Shown here in pieces: positions 1 to 13,082 of a DNA stretch of 64,000 bases. The stretch is from Podarcis liolepis (taxonomy: Eukaryota): assembly GCA_965112155.1 (NCBI GenBank), contig OZ218110.1, one strand, 5' to 3'. The notes under the pieces were generated by a model. The model saw only the letters and a list, made by a program, of their open reading frames with translations, made no database searches and had not been told where the DNA came from. Positions within the stretch are counted from its first letter, which is position 1. Each line of letters opens with the position of its first letter. The translations under genes were made by a program, and so were the position numbers.

Positions 1-61
1 ATGCTGCCTTGTATGTGCAAATTGCACGCTTACTAACCAGATGTGTGTGTGTTGGAATCTA

Positions 62-482
62 GACAATAACATGGCATATAAAAGACAAACACACAGACAA
101 CAGTGAGGTGGGGAATGCAGGTGGACAGAAGGGATTTTCATGAACAGAAGGGATAGAAAAGATCTGCATATATGTTAAGATGATTACAACGAAACAACCT
201 AGTGCTATACTAGAGCTTAGCACAAGAAGCCCAACTTCAACCAGGTAGAGGTTAGAGGAGGAGAGCTTCAGTAATGATGGGATTTCACAGAAGAACTGAT
301 GGACAGCGTTAGAGCAGAAGGTTCTCCCAATATGTAACATGGAACATAAAAGGCAAATAATCCACACAATCACTACCATGCATATACAGGCTCCTTTGCA
401 CATAAATGACTCATATTGAAATAGGTTGCAAATAGCAACCTAGTGATCATATGCCACTAGGAGGCCAAATATGAAGTTCCAG
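62..482 (-). pseudogene. OR14-like olfactory receptor pseudogene fragment (TM3-TM6)
   Basis: Translates to KGACICMVVIVW...HQFFCEIPSLLKLS...YLVEVGLLVLSSSIALGCF, very close to the ORs at 30108 and 35053. The DRY motif is disrupted (AYDH*VAICN, TAG near 440), with internal deletions and a frameshift around the KALSTC region. Confidence 0.9.
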
Positions 483-1070
483 ATAACACAAAATTGAAAT
501 TGTTCCAAGTTCCAAGTCCCATGGTGGCATTTTTTGTGTAGCTGCTTTAGGTTATGACTGGTCATGTATTCCTTGGGTCATCTGAGAATCTTCTAACTTC
601 ACCATTGTCCATACTATCTGGGGATAATTCCACACCACATCCTAGCGCTGTACCTGACTCCATAAACAAAAATTATGAGATTACAACTAATAAATAAGTT
701 TTCTTCAGCTGCTCTGTTCTCTATGAGCAGAATGCATTGGGGACCTAATTATGAACCCTGCAATTATCTAAAATTATGGCAATATTCTTCCTTGCCAAAG
801 ATGGCATGTATTTTCAGTGGCCACTCTCATAAAAAGCAATCATGATGAAAACAGGTATGAAATGTGCCTTTGTTTTTCAGACTGCAGGGTGACAGACTGG
901 ACAAGCAGTGCTGCTGGGAGTTTTATAGGATGCAAAGTGTCACCATTAACCAGTAGAATGTAGAGACATTGTGACTGTGTGCTCTAAATAGGGGAACATT
1001 GTATACTAAAGAAGTAGGTTGGAGCAGTGGATTTTGTTACAGAAGAAAGAGATTCACACCTACAGTTGTA

Positions 1071-1300
1071 ATGCTGATCTTGTTGGTGTGCCTATTAATC
1101 GTATGGTTGGTGTTTCTTCCCCTAACTGATTGCAAGGCACTTCCCTTTACTTGCAACATGAGAGATGCCCTCCAGATCCCACATGAGTATTATCAGCAAG
1201 GTGACCTCATCATTGGCAGTATATTTTCACAATTTTTCTCCTTTTTTGACACTATATCCTTCGAGCAACACCCAAATTTAAAGTTTATTGAAGATGTCCT
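1071..1300 (+). CDS. V2R-1 exon 1 (signal peptide, YYQQGDLIIG)
   Basis: Hydrophobic leader MLILLVCLLIV..., HEYYQQGDLIIG motif, GT donor at 1301 (phase 2). Confidence 0.88.
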
Positions 1301-1906
1301 GTAAGGAAATTATCATTTTACTCCCAAAAATGTTCATGGTCACACTCTAACAATCACAGGTAGATAACAGAAAGACAGTGTTATATCTAGGTTTGGTCAT
1401 ACTCAGATAAGAATCACTGGAATCAATGCATTTCAGAAACTTTAGTACAATAATTCCAGTGGGTGTGCTGTGAATTTAGGCAGTTGTTTAGGAGTCTGCC
1501 ATTTCTCTATAGATTTCTAAATATCCACCTGACCTCCTTATCAGCAATACTCTGTTATATATCATATACTCTTCTCCTTTTTGTTTTTGCTTTCAGGGAT
1601 ATTTCAAGAATATATGAAATGGCATAAAATTATTATTAGTTCTTTCCATTTCTGGATTTCCCACAACTCTTTATTTCAGGATTTATTTCATTGCCTTCTC
1701 TACAATCTGATTTTAAAATATGAACATGGAGGCAGAACTGATTGAAGGATGCTTTGACACAATTCCACCTTCACAAAAGGTTGACAAGCTCTGTCTTGCA
1801 GGGCACTGAACTACATAACCCTCTGAGTCCCTTCAGTCTCTACAATTCTATGAGTCTAACTATGCTCCGTTTATCAGCCAAACAAAGCATCTTACAATAC
1901 TAAAAA

Positions 1907-2161
1907 GAGCCAGTGTGGTGTAGTGGTTAAGAGCAGTAGTCTCGTAATCTGGGAAACCGGGTTCGCGTCTCTGCTCCTCCACATGCAGCTGCTGGGTGAC
2001 CTTGGGCCAGTCACACTTCTTTGAAGTCTCTCAGCCCCACTCACCTCACAGAGTGTTTGTTGTGGGGGAGGAAGGGAAAGGAGAATGTTAGCTGCTTTGA
2101 GACTCCTTTGGGTAGTGATAAAGCGGGATATCAAATCCAAACTCTTCTTCTTCTTCTTCTT
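1907..2161 (+). mobile_element. tRNA-derived SINE (Squam3-like) with (CTT)n tail
   Basis: A/B-box head (tggtgtagtggtt ... ggttcgcgtc), 3' aaagcgggatatcaaatcc plus CTT repeats; a second copy lies at 13083-13313. Confidence 0.8.
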
Positions 2162-2377
2162 AAAAAATAATTTAAAACAATTAACTCACCACAATATTTT
2201 TGCTTACATTTTTCATGTTTTTGAAGCTGTGTGTGTAGATTGATTCTAAAGCTTTATACTCTACTGATGTGCATGCCAGAAAGCAGATGCCTGCGGAAGA
2301 ACAATGTGAACATGGCAAGCAGTTCATGATATCTGGAACATTATTGTGATGCAATGTGGCCTATGCTTTCTTTACAG

Positions 2378-2669
2378 TGTAGTGACAAAATATTACCAGC
2401 ATGTCCTAGCCTTCGTGTTTGCAGTGAAGGAGATTAACGAGGATCCCAAGATCTTACCAAATGTTACATTAGGATTACACGTCTATGACAGCTACTTCAA
2501 TGAAAAGATGACCTACCAGACTACACTGAACCTTCTTTTCAAATTGAAAGAAATGCTACCCAACTACATGTGTGATACAAAGAAGAATGTAATAGCTGTC
2601 ATTGGGGGACTTGACTCTGAAACCTCCCTTTGCATGGCTACCATCTTAAGTCCCTATAAGATTCCTCAG
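2378..2669 (+). CDS. V2R-1 exon 2 (Venus flytrap domain)
   Basis: VVTKYYQHVLAFVFAVKEINEDPKILPNVTLG...YKIPQ; AG at 2376-2377, GT at 2670; 292 nt. Confidence 0.95.
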
Positions 2670-2710
2670 GTATGTATGTGAGGCATGGAGAAGCTTGTAA
2701 AGGAGCACTG

Positions 2711-2712
<2 letters not shown>

Positions 2713-2757
<45 letters not shown>
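2713..2757. repeat. (GT)n microsatellite
   Basis: Uninterrupted GT run in V2R intron 2. Confidence 0.97.
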
Positions 2758-2761
<4 letters not shown>

Positions 2762-2974
2762 GTATTTATTGTTGTATATCTTGCCTGATGAGACGGTTCT
2801 TTGAATTTAAGGCCATTAAACTTGTTCCAGTGCTCTTTTTGTGGTAAACTGTAAGAGAAAGGGACAGACACAAAGTAGGCTATATTAGAAATTTCTATCT
2901 CACCGACAGAGTCTCTCCTGAGTCACTATTTAGAACTTAGAAGTTAACCATCAGCATGATTATCTCACTATAAG

Positions 2975-3390
2975 CTGCAGGAAAAATGCCGAAAGCACAG
3001 GTGCCTCTTTTACATCACCTTCATAAACCTAATGAAGGCCTTTGGCCTTGGCAGCCAAAAGGGACCCTGCACACTGCTCAACAAGATAGGGTTCCCATCT
3101 AAGCTTCACAAGAAGATTGTATCCTTCCATCACCAGCAATTTCTTAATCGATTCTGAACTGAACAAGCATAGTGGCAAGTCAGCTATGACTCACCTCCCC
3201 AAAAGCGTATGGGAGAATGTGATTCTAACTACCAATATCAAGATGAAGGTCTACCAGGATTGTGTGTTGCTTTATAGAAGTGAGTTGTGGGCAATTTACA
3301 ACCACCAGGAGCAATGCTTCAATGCCTTCTACATGTGCTGCATCAGGGACACTTTGGGCATCACATGGCAGGACAGAGTCTCAAGCAAAC
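2975..3390 (+). mobile_element. Degenerate RTE-type LINE reverse transcriptase fragment
   Basis: IDSELNK...KMKVYQ..VLLY.SE.W...C.R..LG.TWQD resembles the RTE/BovB RT C-terminus; deletions present. Confidence 0.65.
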
Positions 3391-4028
3391 AAACAAATGA
3401 AAACAGCTCTCCCAAACCTTGCAGAATGAGTTGTTGTAGAGGTTTGACATGTTCACAGGCCCTATCTGGGTAGGAACAGGCTTACTGTTCTAACTGATTT
3501 TAATACTGCATTTTCACAATGTTTACCCAGGACCTTACAGTGACGAGCGGGTAAGAATACCAATCAGTAAATGATTGTCCTTTGTCCTACCCACAAGGAG
3601 TCAGAAATCCTATATGTTTTTCACAGTGGTGTATTGACTTAGCTCAAGAAAGGCCTTCTCAGCATTTCTGCTTTTCACATCCGAGAATTTGGACAGAGAC
3701 ATTTCTACCTTTAAAAAATACTTTGGGGACTGCTTGAAGGATGAGTTAGAGTGTCATGTCCAATGTTTGCCCTAGAACTATGGAATGGAATGGAACCGAT
3801 CATTTTCAGGATCCTCAGCATTGCAAGATGCAGAGTCTGCTATTAACAGTCATAATATTTTAGAATACCATGAAGCAATGTAGACAAATCAGTTTCAAAA
3901 CTCTTAAAAAATGAGAGAAATTGATGTGGGAGAGAAAAATAATATTTCTCCAGATAGCACTCTCTCAGAAAGCACACTACACTTCCGATCTGTTTTCAGC
4001 AATATGTCTTTATTTTATTTTCTTGTAG

Positions 4029-4877
4029 GTCTCTTATTTCTTATTTGGTCCTTCTCAGAGTATGAAAACCCAGTTCCCTTTCATCTACCGTGTGGTTCCC
4101 AATGAAGAGTATCAGTACCATTTGATTATCCAATTACTTCTGCATTTCCAGTGGACATGGGTTGGGATAGTTACATCAGGCAATGATAAAGGAGAGAATT
4201 TTGTGCAGACCTTGGTTCCAAAGCTTTCCCAGAATGGCCTTTGTTTGGCTTTCACTGACATAATGCCATCTCCGACAGACTTTTCCAACTTGCTTAATGA
4301 GTACCATACATCAAGGGATATAGCCGGCTTTGTTAAAGATCACAAAGCAAAAGCAGTTATTGTTTTTGCAGAAACTGCAGCTATATTTCGTTTTATATTC
4401 TTGCTGTATCAAATACAAACAGTAAATATGGTAGAGACATCTCTAGGAAGAGTATGGATCTTGACAGCTGAGTGGGACTTCCCAGCACTACAGTTTCACA
4501 AGGACTGGAGTATAGAAGTCTTTCAAGGAGCCTTGTCTTTTGCTGTTCACACCAATCAAATAGAGGAATTTCATCATTTCCTTCAGCCTTTAAATCCTTA
4601 CTCACTCAGTGGAGACAGTTTTATCAAGGACTTTTGGCAGCAGGCTTTTGACTGCTTACTTCCAGATTCCCAGGAGTCTGAAGAGAGCTATGGAACTTGC
4701 ACCGGTCAGGAAAAACTGGAGAGCCTTCCAGGACCATTTTTTCAAATGAGCATGACTCCCCAAAGCTACAGTATATACAACGCTGCCTACGTGTTAGCCC
4801 ATGCTTTACATGCAATGTATGTATTAAATCTCAAGCACAAAGCAGCGGCAGCACTTCCAAACTCACAACCATGGCAG
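4029..4877 (+). CDS. V2R-1 exon 3
   Basis: VSYFLFGP...FPFIYRVVPNE...YSIYNAAYVLAHALH...PWQ; canonical AG/GT, 849 nt, open. Confidence 0.95.
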
Positions 4878-5204
4878 GTAATTTTTAATTAAGCAAAGCA
4901 TTTTGACAATCATGAGAAAATGTGTAATACATGGCTGGCCTGAGGCAGACAACTCCGGTGGTTGAATCCTATGGGGCCGCAGCTCTGCGAGCTCCACACC
5001 CACTTTTACCACTGCTGCAAGACCCCAGTAAGTGAGGCTTTGTTGGGCAATGGGGTTGGGTGCCACATGCTTGTTTTGCGTCAGATGGCAAAATGAGATG
5101 GGCTGACCCTGGCTAATATATATTTATTTCATCCAAAACACCATTACCTTGTGGCTTAGAGGGGGAAGTAGATTGCTGGGTTTCAATCTCTTCCATAGCA
5201 ATAC

Positions 5205-5995
5205 ATTTATTTGAATTTTATATACTGCCCCTCAGTGTGCTTCTCAGAATAAAACACAAGATAAAAACAGAAGTAAATAAATAATACAAAAATAATTAAA
5301 CAATAACCGCAGCCCTTCCCACAAATATATTTAAAAGGCTTTGGAATATCCATCAGCCCAATGCCTAGTTGAATGGGAACGTTTTCGCCTGGCGACTATA
5401 TATATATATATATAGAGAGAGAGAAAAGTCATTAGATGAACCTCCCTGGCAAGAGCATTTCACAAATAGGAAGCCACTACAGAAAAGGCCCATTTTCATG
5501 TTGTCTCCCTCCGGACCTCTCGTGGTGGAGAAGGCACATGAATAAGTGCCTCATATTATGAATGCATGTCCCAGGGTGGTTTATATGGGGAGAGGCAGTC
5601 CTCGAGGTAGTACAGTCCTGAGCCATTTAAGTCTTTATAAGTCAGCACTTTGACTTGGGCCTGGAAGACAAGTGGCAGCCAGCGAAGTCAGGTCAGGATT
5701 GGTGTCATATGCTCAAAGCGTCTTGTCCCTGTGAGCAACCTGGTTGCTGAATTCTGCACCAGCGGAAGCTTCCACACCATCTTCAGAGGCAGCCCTATAT
5801 TTAATGCGTTGCAGTAATCTAGCCTAGAGGCTACCAGAGCATAGACAACAGAAGTTAGGCTGGGCCACAAGCTGAAGCTGATGGAAGGCACTCTGCACCA
5901 CTGAGGCCACCTGAGCCTCAAGTGAAAGCAGAGGATACAGAAATACCTCCAAGCTACGTACCTGATCATTCAGAAGGAATGTAACCCCATCAAGA
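5205..5995 (-). mobile_element. L2-type LINE 3' fragment
   Basis: Minus strand ALVASRLDYCNAL..GLPLK..WKL.LVQNSA.RLLTG, an L2 RT C-terminal signature; tail near 5205; interrupted by (TA)n(GA)n at ~5397-5423. Confidence 0.8.
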
Positions 5996-7080
5996 GCAGG
6001 CAGCCTTCCAGCCAGCTACCTTTATGTTTAAATACTGTGTTAACCACAGCACCAAACACCTAGCTTTAATTTCCCAGTTTTCCCCCAGATAGATATGTGG
6101 TTGGAATGGCTGCGTGTCAGAATTCCTTGTTGTGAAGCTGATCCCTACAGAAAGCAGGACTAAAGTTGCTACCTATTAGCTTTGAACATGTTGGATTGGT
6201 TGTGTGGGGAACTCAAACATACAGCCAATCTCTGCAGAAAGCAGGTTCAACATCACAGCTGATAGACAATAACTGTAAACCTCAACTGATCAGCAGTGTT
6301 TTAAAGTACCACACGGGGCTCTTTGGAAGCCCTGAATGGTGCTTTGTGGTCCTGACAATCCATACCTGCTGTCAGTGTGATGTCAGCTGATTGACAAGTG
6401 TTCATTCCCAGCAACCTGCTAAAATTGGCCCACAATTGACAAAGGAGATAAGGATGAGGCTTTCTAATCAGATTCAGTTTCCTTCCTGCTCCAAGCTTAC
6501 CTGATACCAGGGTGGGATGGTGGGGGAAGAAAGAGCAGATGGCAGAGTGGGGTTTCTCACTGGCAGGTCAATCTTATAGTTAGACAGAACAATTTTACCC
6601 AGGAAAGTATGTCCCCTTTCTGTTCTTTCCACCCCAAAATCAATGTAAGAGGTGCCTAGCACAAAGGCTGTGGATAAATTTATGTGCTGTTCAAATTACA
6701 TCTATTTTTGTTAAAAGGAAAATAAATTGTATGTAGTTTTTTTTTATTTCCAAGTAGTGAATGGAGGACAGAAAAATGAGGCAGATGCCCCCATTTCCTG
6801 AGTCAATGGAGAAGCCTCCAAATCAGTTCAGACTGAATCAAACTACATTGCAAAGCACTGATTCACATCTCAACTGAATCTTCTCATTGGCACATACTTT
6901 TGATTGTAACTATTGTTTTTATATTGTTGTTAAATTGTCTTGTATAGCCTGCTGGTTAGAAAAGTGGACTATAGGTATGACCAAAATAAGCAAAACAAAT
7001 TGAAGGATGTTGTAAAAATATTTTTATGATTGTCTCTTATCTATTTTTTAAAAAAACTGATTTTACATCTTCAAATTTAG

Positions 7081-7302
7081 CTTCATCATTTCTTGAGGAG
7101 CATCTCTTTTAACAACAGCATTGGTGGCCACGTGTCTCTGAATGAAAAAGGTGAATTAGAAAGTGGATTTGATATTATAAACTGGATTACTTTCCCAAAT
7201 AGATCTTTCATGAAGGTGAAAGTAGGGAGGATGGATCCATGGGGAGCCAAACAGTTCACCATTAACGAGGAGATCATCACATGGCACAAAGTGTTTAACC
7301 AG
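7081..7302 (+). CDS. V2R-1 exon 4
   Basis: LHHFLRSISFNNS...FDIINWITFPN...WHKVFNQ; AG at 7079-7080, GT at 7303. Confidence 0.95.
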
Positions 7303-9002
7303 GTATGGTCTGACCTTTGGTTTCAGGTACAAAATATCAGTGGATATTCTAGTACGAATCCTCAATGTATTTATTTATTTGCCAGATTTATATCCAATCA
7401 TCTAGGTCTTTAAGGTGGTTTACAAATATATTTGAAAATACTAACTTATGGGAAATTTTCACTTTAAAACATATGGAAACACTCATTCACAGTTCTTTCA
7501 CCTGAGAGATTTCCAAATAAGTAACTTTAACAATTTAAAGTATTTCTCTGTGGAGAGTACAGAGCACCTGTTGTCAACTCAGCATAGGAAATGTTGTGAA
7601 CTATTGGTATGTAATAAAGTAATATTTTGCAAACTGTTATGTCCTTTATTCAAACACTGTGTTGAAGCCTAGTGGAGTTATGTAGGACATGGAATCAATG
7701 AAGTTTTGGTTTGTTCCTCTTAGAGAACATGCTTGCCATATGAGGTTATTGGCCAAACTGAGTATGATGTTAATGGTTAGAATGCAATTAATGCAAATAT
7801 TCTTAAAAATGTAAATAGAGAACATACATGTCCTGAAGAGCAATGGGGCAGGAGGTTCAGCACAGAGTGAGGGTCATTATCAGTCCAGAGCACCACTCCT
7901 AGTTTGTTCTGGCTGTTTTTGATTAATTTACAATGTTAAAAAGCCCATGGTACACATTTAAATGCATTTTCTCTTAGAATGGGGAAAAAATGAAAATGTA
8001 TTTCTTTAAGCTATTCATTTATAACACATATTTTAGTCTTTAGGGTTTTTTAAAGATGTGAACTGCATTGAAATATTTATTAAACTAGAAATAACTAGAA
8101 GGGGAATATGTAGAATAGTTCGTGTTTCATTTGTCCCTTGTCATATAAGTCACTAGCCTTCTATAAGGCCTCAATGGAGCAAGCATTAGGACAGTGAAAC
8201 TTTGTGCAATGTGCATTGTAAGAGAGCACATCTCTTGACCCAGAAATGATGAATTTATTTTGCATCGAACCTGTGTCCTCTCTTATGCCATTACTTTCAA
8301 TGTGATTGATCCATGGAGATAAGAATATACAACAGGTGTGCACCAGTCACAAGATTCATCTAGTATCTGTATTTTGCAGATACAGCCTCTTCACCATGGA
8401 AAAAAGTAATTGCTTCACTGAATCCCATAGGGGAAGGGGTGGTGGTCAAAAGAGGTCATTGATCCTCAAGAAAGAGTTGGGTAGAGAAAATGTCATGGCC
8501 CAGTAAAAACCCTGTTATTCCAAGAATCATTGATGTGGGTGGGCTTCTTCCTACCCCATGGAGTTTTGGGAATACAGCTACTTTTTGCTGGGATAGATCT
8601 CTCCATGAGGAAGAGCCATAGCTTATCAGTAGAACATCTGTTTTGTATGCAGGCAGAAGTCAAGACTGAGCTAGATGGATCAATGTATCTATCAGTAAAT
8701 GGCAGATTCCTATGTTCCCCCTGCAAAGAGATAATGATGGTGGTGAAAACAAATGCAAAATACAGTATATCCATGTGAAAAACAATGCAGCCCTTGCTTT
8801 AGAAATGTGGCAATTTTTATGCAACCTAGTACCAGAGTGACTCAGACCATTAAAGTGTTCATGATCCAGCTCAATACACCCTCAATTTGGGCATGAGAAA
8901 AACTCAGACCACTCCTATTTGCCTTGTAATCTAGGTAGCACACAACCAATTGATGCACATCCTCAGTATACTAGCCCTTTCCTTCATTGCATTTCTGAAT
9001 AG

Positions 9003-9129
9003 ACACCACCTTCTTCTGTGTGTAATAACGTGTGTCATCCAGGGTTTGTGAGAAAAAAGAAGGAGGGGGAGCCATTCTGTTGCTACGATTGTGACCCATG
9101 TGCAGAAGGGAAGATTTCTAATCCAAAAG
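9003..9129 (+). CDS. V2R-1 exon 5 (cysteine-rich domain), GC donor
   Basis: TPPSSVCNNVCHPGFVRKKKEGEPFCCYDCDPCAEGKISNPK; 127 nt; followed by GCAAGT. Confidence 0.92.
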
Positions 9130-9191
9130 GCAAGTGTCAACCATGTTATCACATGAACATGATTCCCCCCTCACCACCAGTGGCTTAATTA

Positions 9192-10511
9192 CCGTATTTT
9201 TCGCCCCATAAGACGCACCGGCCCATAAGACGCACCTAGATTTTAGGGGGGGAAATAAAGGAAAAAAAATTATTTCCCCCCCAGGTGCGCTGCGCTAATC
9301 CAGAAGCTTGGGGCAAGCTGAGGTCAGCGCGCCCCAAGCTTCTGCGTGCCGGCAAGCAGTCCGCTGCCGCCCCAAGCCTCCCGCACCCGGCAGGAGGTCC
9401 CGCTGGGTGCGCAAGGCTTGGGGCGGCAGCGGACTGCTTGCGCGCACCTAGAAGCTTGGGGCGTGCTGAGCTCAGCACGCCCCAAGCTTCTGCATGCCGG
9501 CAAGCAGTCCGCTGCCGCCCCAAGCCTCCCGCACCCGGCAGGAGGTCCCGCCGGGTGCGCGAGGCTTGGGGCGGCAGCGGACTGCTTGCGCGCACCTAGA
9601 AGCTTGGGGCCAGCTGAGCTCAGCCCGCCCCAAGCTTCTAGGTGCGCGCAAGCAGTCCGCTGCCGCCCCAAGCCTCGCGCACCCAGCGGGACCTCCTGCC
9701 GGGTGCGGGAGGATTGGGGCGGCAGCGGACTGCTTGCGCGCACCGAGAAGCTTGGGGCCAGCTGAGCTCAGCCCGCCCCAAGCTTCTAGGTGCGCGCAAG
9801 CAGTCCGCTGCCGCCCCAAGCCTCGCGCACCCAGCGGGACCTCCTGCCGGGTGCGGGAGGATTGGGGCGGCAGCGGACTGCTTGCGCGCACCGAGAAGCT
9901 TGGGGCCAGCTGAGCTCAGCCCGCCCCAAGCTTCTAGGTGCGCGCAAGCAGTCCGCTGCCGCCCCAAGCCTCGCGCACCCAGCGGGACCTCCTGCCGGGT
10001 GCGGGAGGCTTGGGGCGGCAGCGGACTGCTTGTGCGCACCGAGAAGCTTGGGGCCAGCTGAGCTCAGCCCGCCCCAAGCTTCTAGGTGCGCGCAAGCAGT
10101 CCGCTGCCGCCCCAAGCCTCGCGCACCCAGCGGGACCTCCTGCCGGGTGCGGGAGGCTTGGGGCGGCAGCGGACTGCTTGCGCGCACCGAGAAGCTTGGG
10201 GCCAGCTGAGCTCAGCTGGCCCCAAGCTTCTAGGTGCGCGCAAGCAGTCCGCTGCCGCCCCAAGCCTCCCGCACCCGGTGGGACCTCCTGCCGGGTGCGC
10301 GAGGCTTGCAGACACTCGCCCGAAGCAGGGGGAGCCCTCCAGAGGGCTCCCCGTGCTTCGGGCGACAGGCTGCCGCCCCAAGCCTCGCGCACCCGGTGGG
10401 ACCTCCTGCCGGGCGCGCGAGGCTTGCAGGCATTCGCCCCATAAGACGCACCCCGATTTCCCCTTCATTTTTGGAGGGGAAAAAGTGCGTCTTATGGGGC
10501 GAAAAATACGG
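9192..10511. mobile_element. Non-autonomous Tc1/mariner (Tc2-type) DNA transposon with expanded GC-rich internal array
   Basis: Perfect 27-bp TIRs CCGTATTTTTCGCCCCATAAGACGCAC; TA duplication at 9190-9191 and 10512-10513; subterminal CCCATAAGACGCAC repeats. Confidence 0.92.
9301..10430. repeat. 148-bp palindromic tandem repeat (~7 units) inside the transposon
   Basis: The 148-bp period shows in the sequence and in ORF offsets (9346, 9494, 9642, 9790, 9938, 10086, 10234). Each unit is made of inverted halves. Confidence 0.95.
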
Positions 10512-10879
10512 TAAGTTTGTGTGGATTTATTTTATTTTTTAATCATTTTTATTGAGTTTTTTTCTCTTACAACAATATCTGCAATCATTACATTACATGC
10601 AAGTTTCACTTTCCCCTTTTCCCTACTGACATCCCTCAACTTCCGTCCCTGGTTTATTACCTCTCATATTACAATCTGCTGTTTGTGTGGATTTAGATGA
10701 TAAAGCTTGCAGTGTTAAACTTTATCTTTAGATATGGGAATTTTGAAGGCATATGTACATGCAGAAGTCTCTTTCTGCATGATTGTGAACATTGCTTTTC
10801 CAGTATTCTGTATAGTTCAGACATCTACCCATGTGCTAGTTTCATTGACTGAGTTGTGATCATGCCTTTTCCTCTACAG

Positions 10880-11781
10880 ATATGGACAATTGTATAAAAT
10901 GCCCAGAAGATCAATATCCAAATGAAGACCAAGATGGATGTCTCCCCAAGATGCCACACTTTCTGTCCTATGATGAAAATTTGAGCATCACTTTAGCTTT
11001 CATGGCATTTTCATTTTCTGTGATCACTGCTTTGGTGCTTAAAATATTCATTAAATACAATGAAACTCCCCTTGTTAAAGCCAACAATCGTGGTCTCACG
11101 TACACTCTGCTCATCGCCCTTTTGCTTTGCTTCCTCTGCTCCATGCTGTTCTTTGGAAGGCCACAGAAAGTAACCTGCCTCCTTAGGCAAACAGCTTTTG
11201 GCATCATCTTCACTGTGGCTGTTTCTTCTGTGCTGGCAAAAACCATCACAGTGGTTTTAGCATTCATTGCCACAAAACCAGGATCCAGGATAAGGAACTG
11301 GGTGGGGAAAAGACTGGCAGCTTCTATTGTTTTCTTCTGTTCCCTCATTCAAGGAGCTCTTTGTACTGTGTGGCTCTGTACTGCTCCCCCATTCCCACAT
11401 TTGGACATGGACTCTTTGGCTAAAGAAATTGTGGTTGAATGTAATGAAGGGTCTGTCCCTATGTTTTATTCTGTTCTTGGGTACCTGGGGTTTCTGGCTC
11501 TTGTCAGCTTTGTTGTGGCTTTTCTTGCTAGGGAATTGCCTAGCACTTTTAATGAAGCCAAGTTCATCACTTTCAGCATGTTGGTGTTTTGCAGTGTGTG
11601 GGTGTCTTTTGTGCCAACTTACCTGAGCACAAAGGGAAAATACATGGTGGCTGTGGAGATCTTCTCCATTTTAGCCTCTAGTGCTGGATTATTGGGCTGT
11701 ATCTTTTTTCCTAAATGTTATATAATTGTCATGAAGCCTGAACTGAACAGAAAGAAGTACTTAGGAAGGAGAATGAAGTAG
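10880..11781 (+). CDS. V2R-1 exon 6 (7TM domain)
   Basis: [15 protein letters not shown]...TPLVKANN...[18 protein letters not shown]...stop TAG. Confidence 0.97.
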
Positions 11782-12546
11782 ATGTTAGTAGCTTGGGTCA
11801 TTCATTTCTTCTGAGATCCTCACGTGAGTTCTTTACTGGTTTGGAATTCTAAGCTGAAATCTTTCCTTCATTGAGGTTTAAAAACAGATAATCAGTGCTC
11901 AAGGATTTAGGAACTCATTTACAGATTTTGTTTGGTCTCCATTTTTGGAGTGTAGAAATAAATAGAAGCTATCAGAGGTACAGCTATCTTACATCAACCC
12001 ATAGTACACCACAACTTTCTTTCTTTTTTGGAATTGATTTTGGTTTGTTTTCCCCCAACTAGACAAAGGTAATGGCCAGTTCAATAATCCAATAACTTCT
12101 GTTTCCAAAATGCAAAATGCAAATTCCAAAAATTCCTACAGGTAATTGGTTATTTATTCTGTTAGCCACATATGAGAGACTACTTGGGCCAACCTGGATC
12201 TGACATTAAATAATATGAATATGAAATATCAATATTTATATGTTTAAATTAGGGTTGGTGGAATATTCTTATTGTTAATATCAGCTGAATTGGTTTTGTT
12301 CATTTTCTATTGATGATCATCAGGTTTCAAAATAACCTTTTTTTGTTAGGAGAGTTATGGAGGATCTTAGTACAACACATTTTAATGAACTAACTGTCCT
12401 TATAGAATAGTAATGAAGTTGGGGTATATTAATTAATCCCACAGGGACTAAAACAAATAATTCAGTGCTTTGAATGACTGCAGAACATATTTGAGGTTGT
12501 AGAAAATAATGTTGGAGCCTTACCAAGGGAGCTAGGAGACCAAATA

Positions 12547-12769
12547 CAGTGGTACCTCGGATTAAGAACTTCATTCGTTCTGGAGGTCTGTTCTTAACCT
12601 GAAACTGTTCTTAACCTGAGGTACAACTTTAGCTAATGGGGCCTCCCACTGCCGCCACACCGTTGAGTGATTTCTGTTCTCATCCTGAAGCAAAGTTCTT
12701 AACCTGAGGTACTTTTTATGGGTTTGTGGTGTCTGTAACCTGAAGCGTCTGTAACCCGAGATACCACTG
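12547..12769. mobile_element. Tigger/pogo-type MITE
   Basis: TIR CAGTGGTACCTCGG...CCGAGATACCACTG, TA TSD; other copies at 52347 and 55494. Confidence 0.88.
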
Positions 12770-13082
12770 TATCATCAAAATGAACTAAAATAGCCTAATA
12801 ATACATTAATGTTTGACTCTATTAAGGAAATCTGAAGTGGGCCATGTGTGTTTGTCCTCATTCTTCCTTCATGCATATAAAGGTGACATGGAATGGATTT
12901 AGAAATATTTTAAAAAGTTATTGATTTGAAATAGGTCTCCATTTTCCTTCCCCTATGTTTGCATACACATTATAAGAAAGAAATTTGATGAGAGTCAATG
13001 TAATTTAAATGAAATTTAAATGAATAAATTTAAATGAAAAAGTATTAAACCCCTGATGAAATCTGTGAGCGTCAGCTGTTAG

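Larger units (their letters stand above)
1071..11781 (+). other. V2R vomeronasal type-2 receptor gene (class C GPCR), 6 coding exons, ~873 aa, apparently intact
   Basis: Exons 1071-1300, 2378-2669, 4029-4877, 7081-7302, 9003-9129 and 10880-11781 sum to 2622 nt in a single frame. Exons 2, 5 and 6 match the second V2R in size (292, 127, 902 nt). AATAAA at ~11958. Confidence 0.93.

Noticed and set aside
1907-1985. tRNA genes at SINE heads (also ~50800-50877)
   Set aside because: tRNA-derived SINE heads with body and tail, not complete cloverleafs.
9301-10430. CRISPR-like regularly spaced palindromic repeats
   Set aside because: Eukaryotic DNA, no unique spacers, no cas genes; lies within TIRs.
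9236-10542. Many overlapping 100-170 aa ORFs on both strands
   Set aside because: By-product of a GC-rich, stop-poor palindromic repeat; no protein motif.
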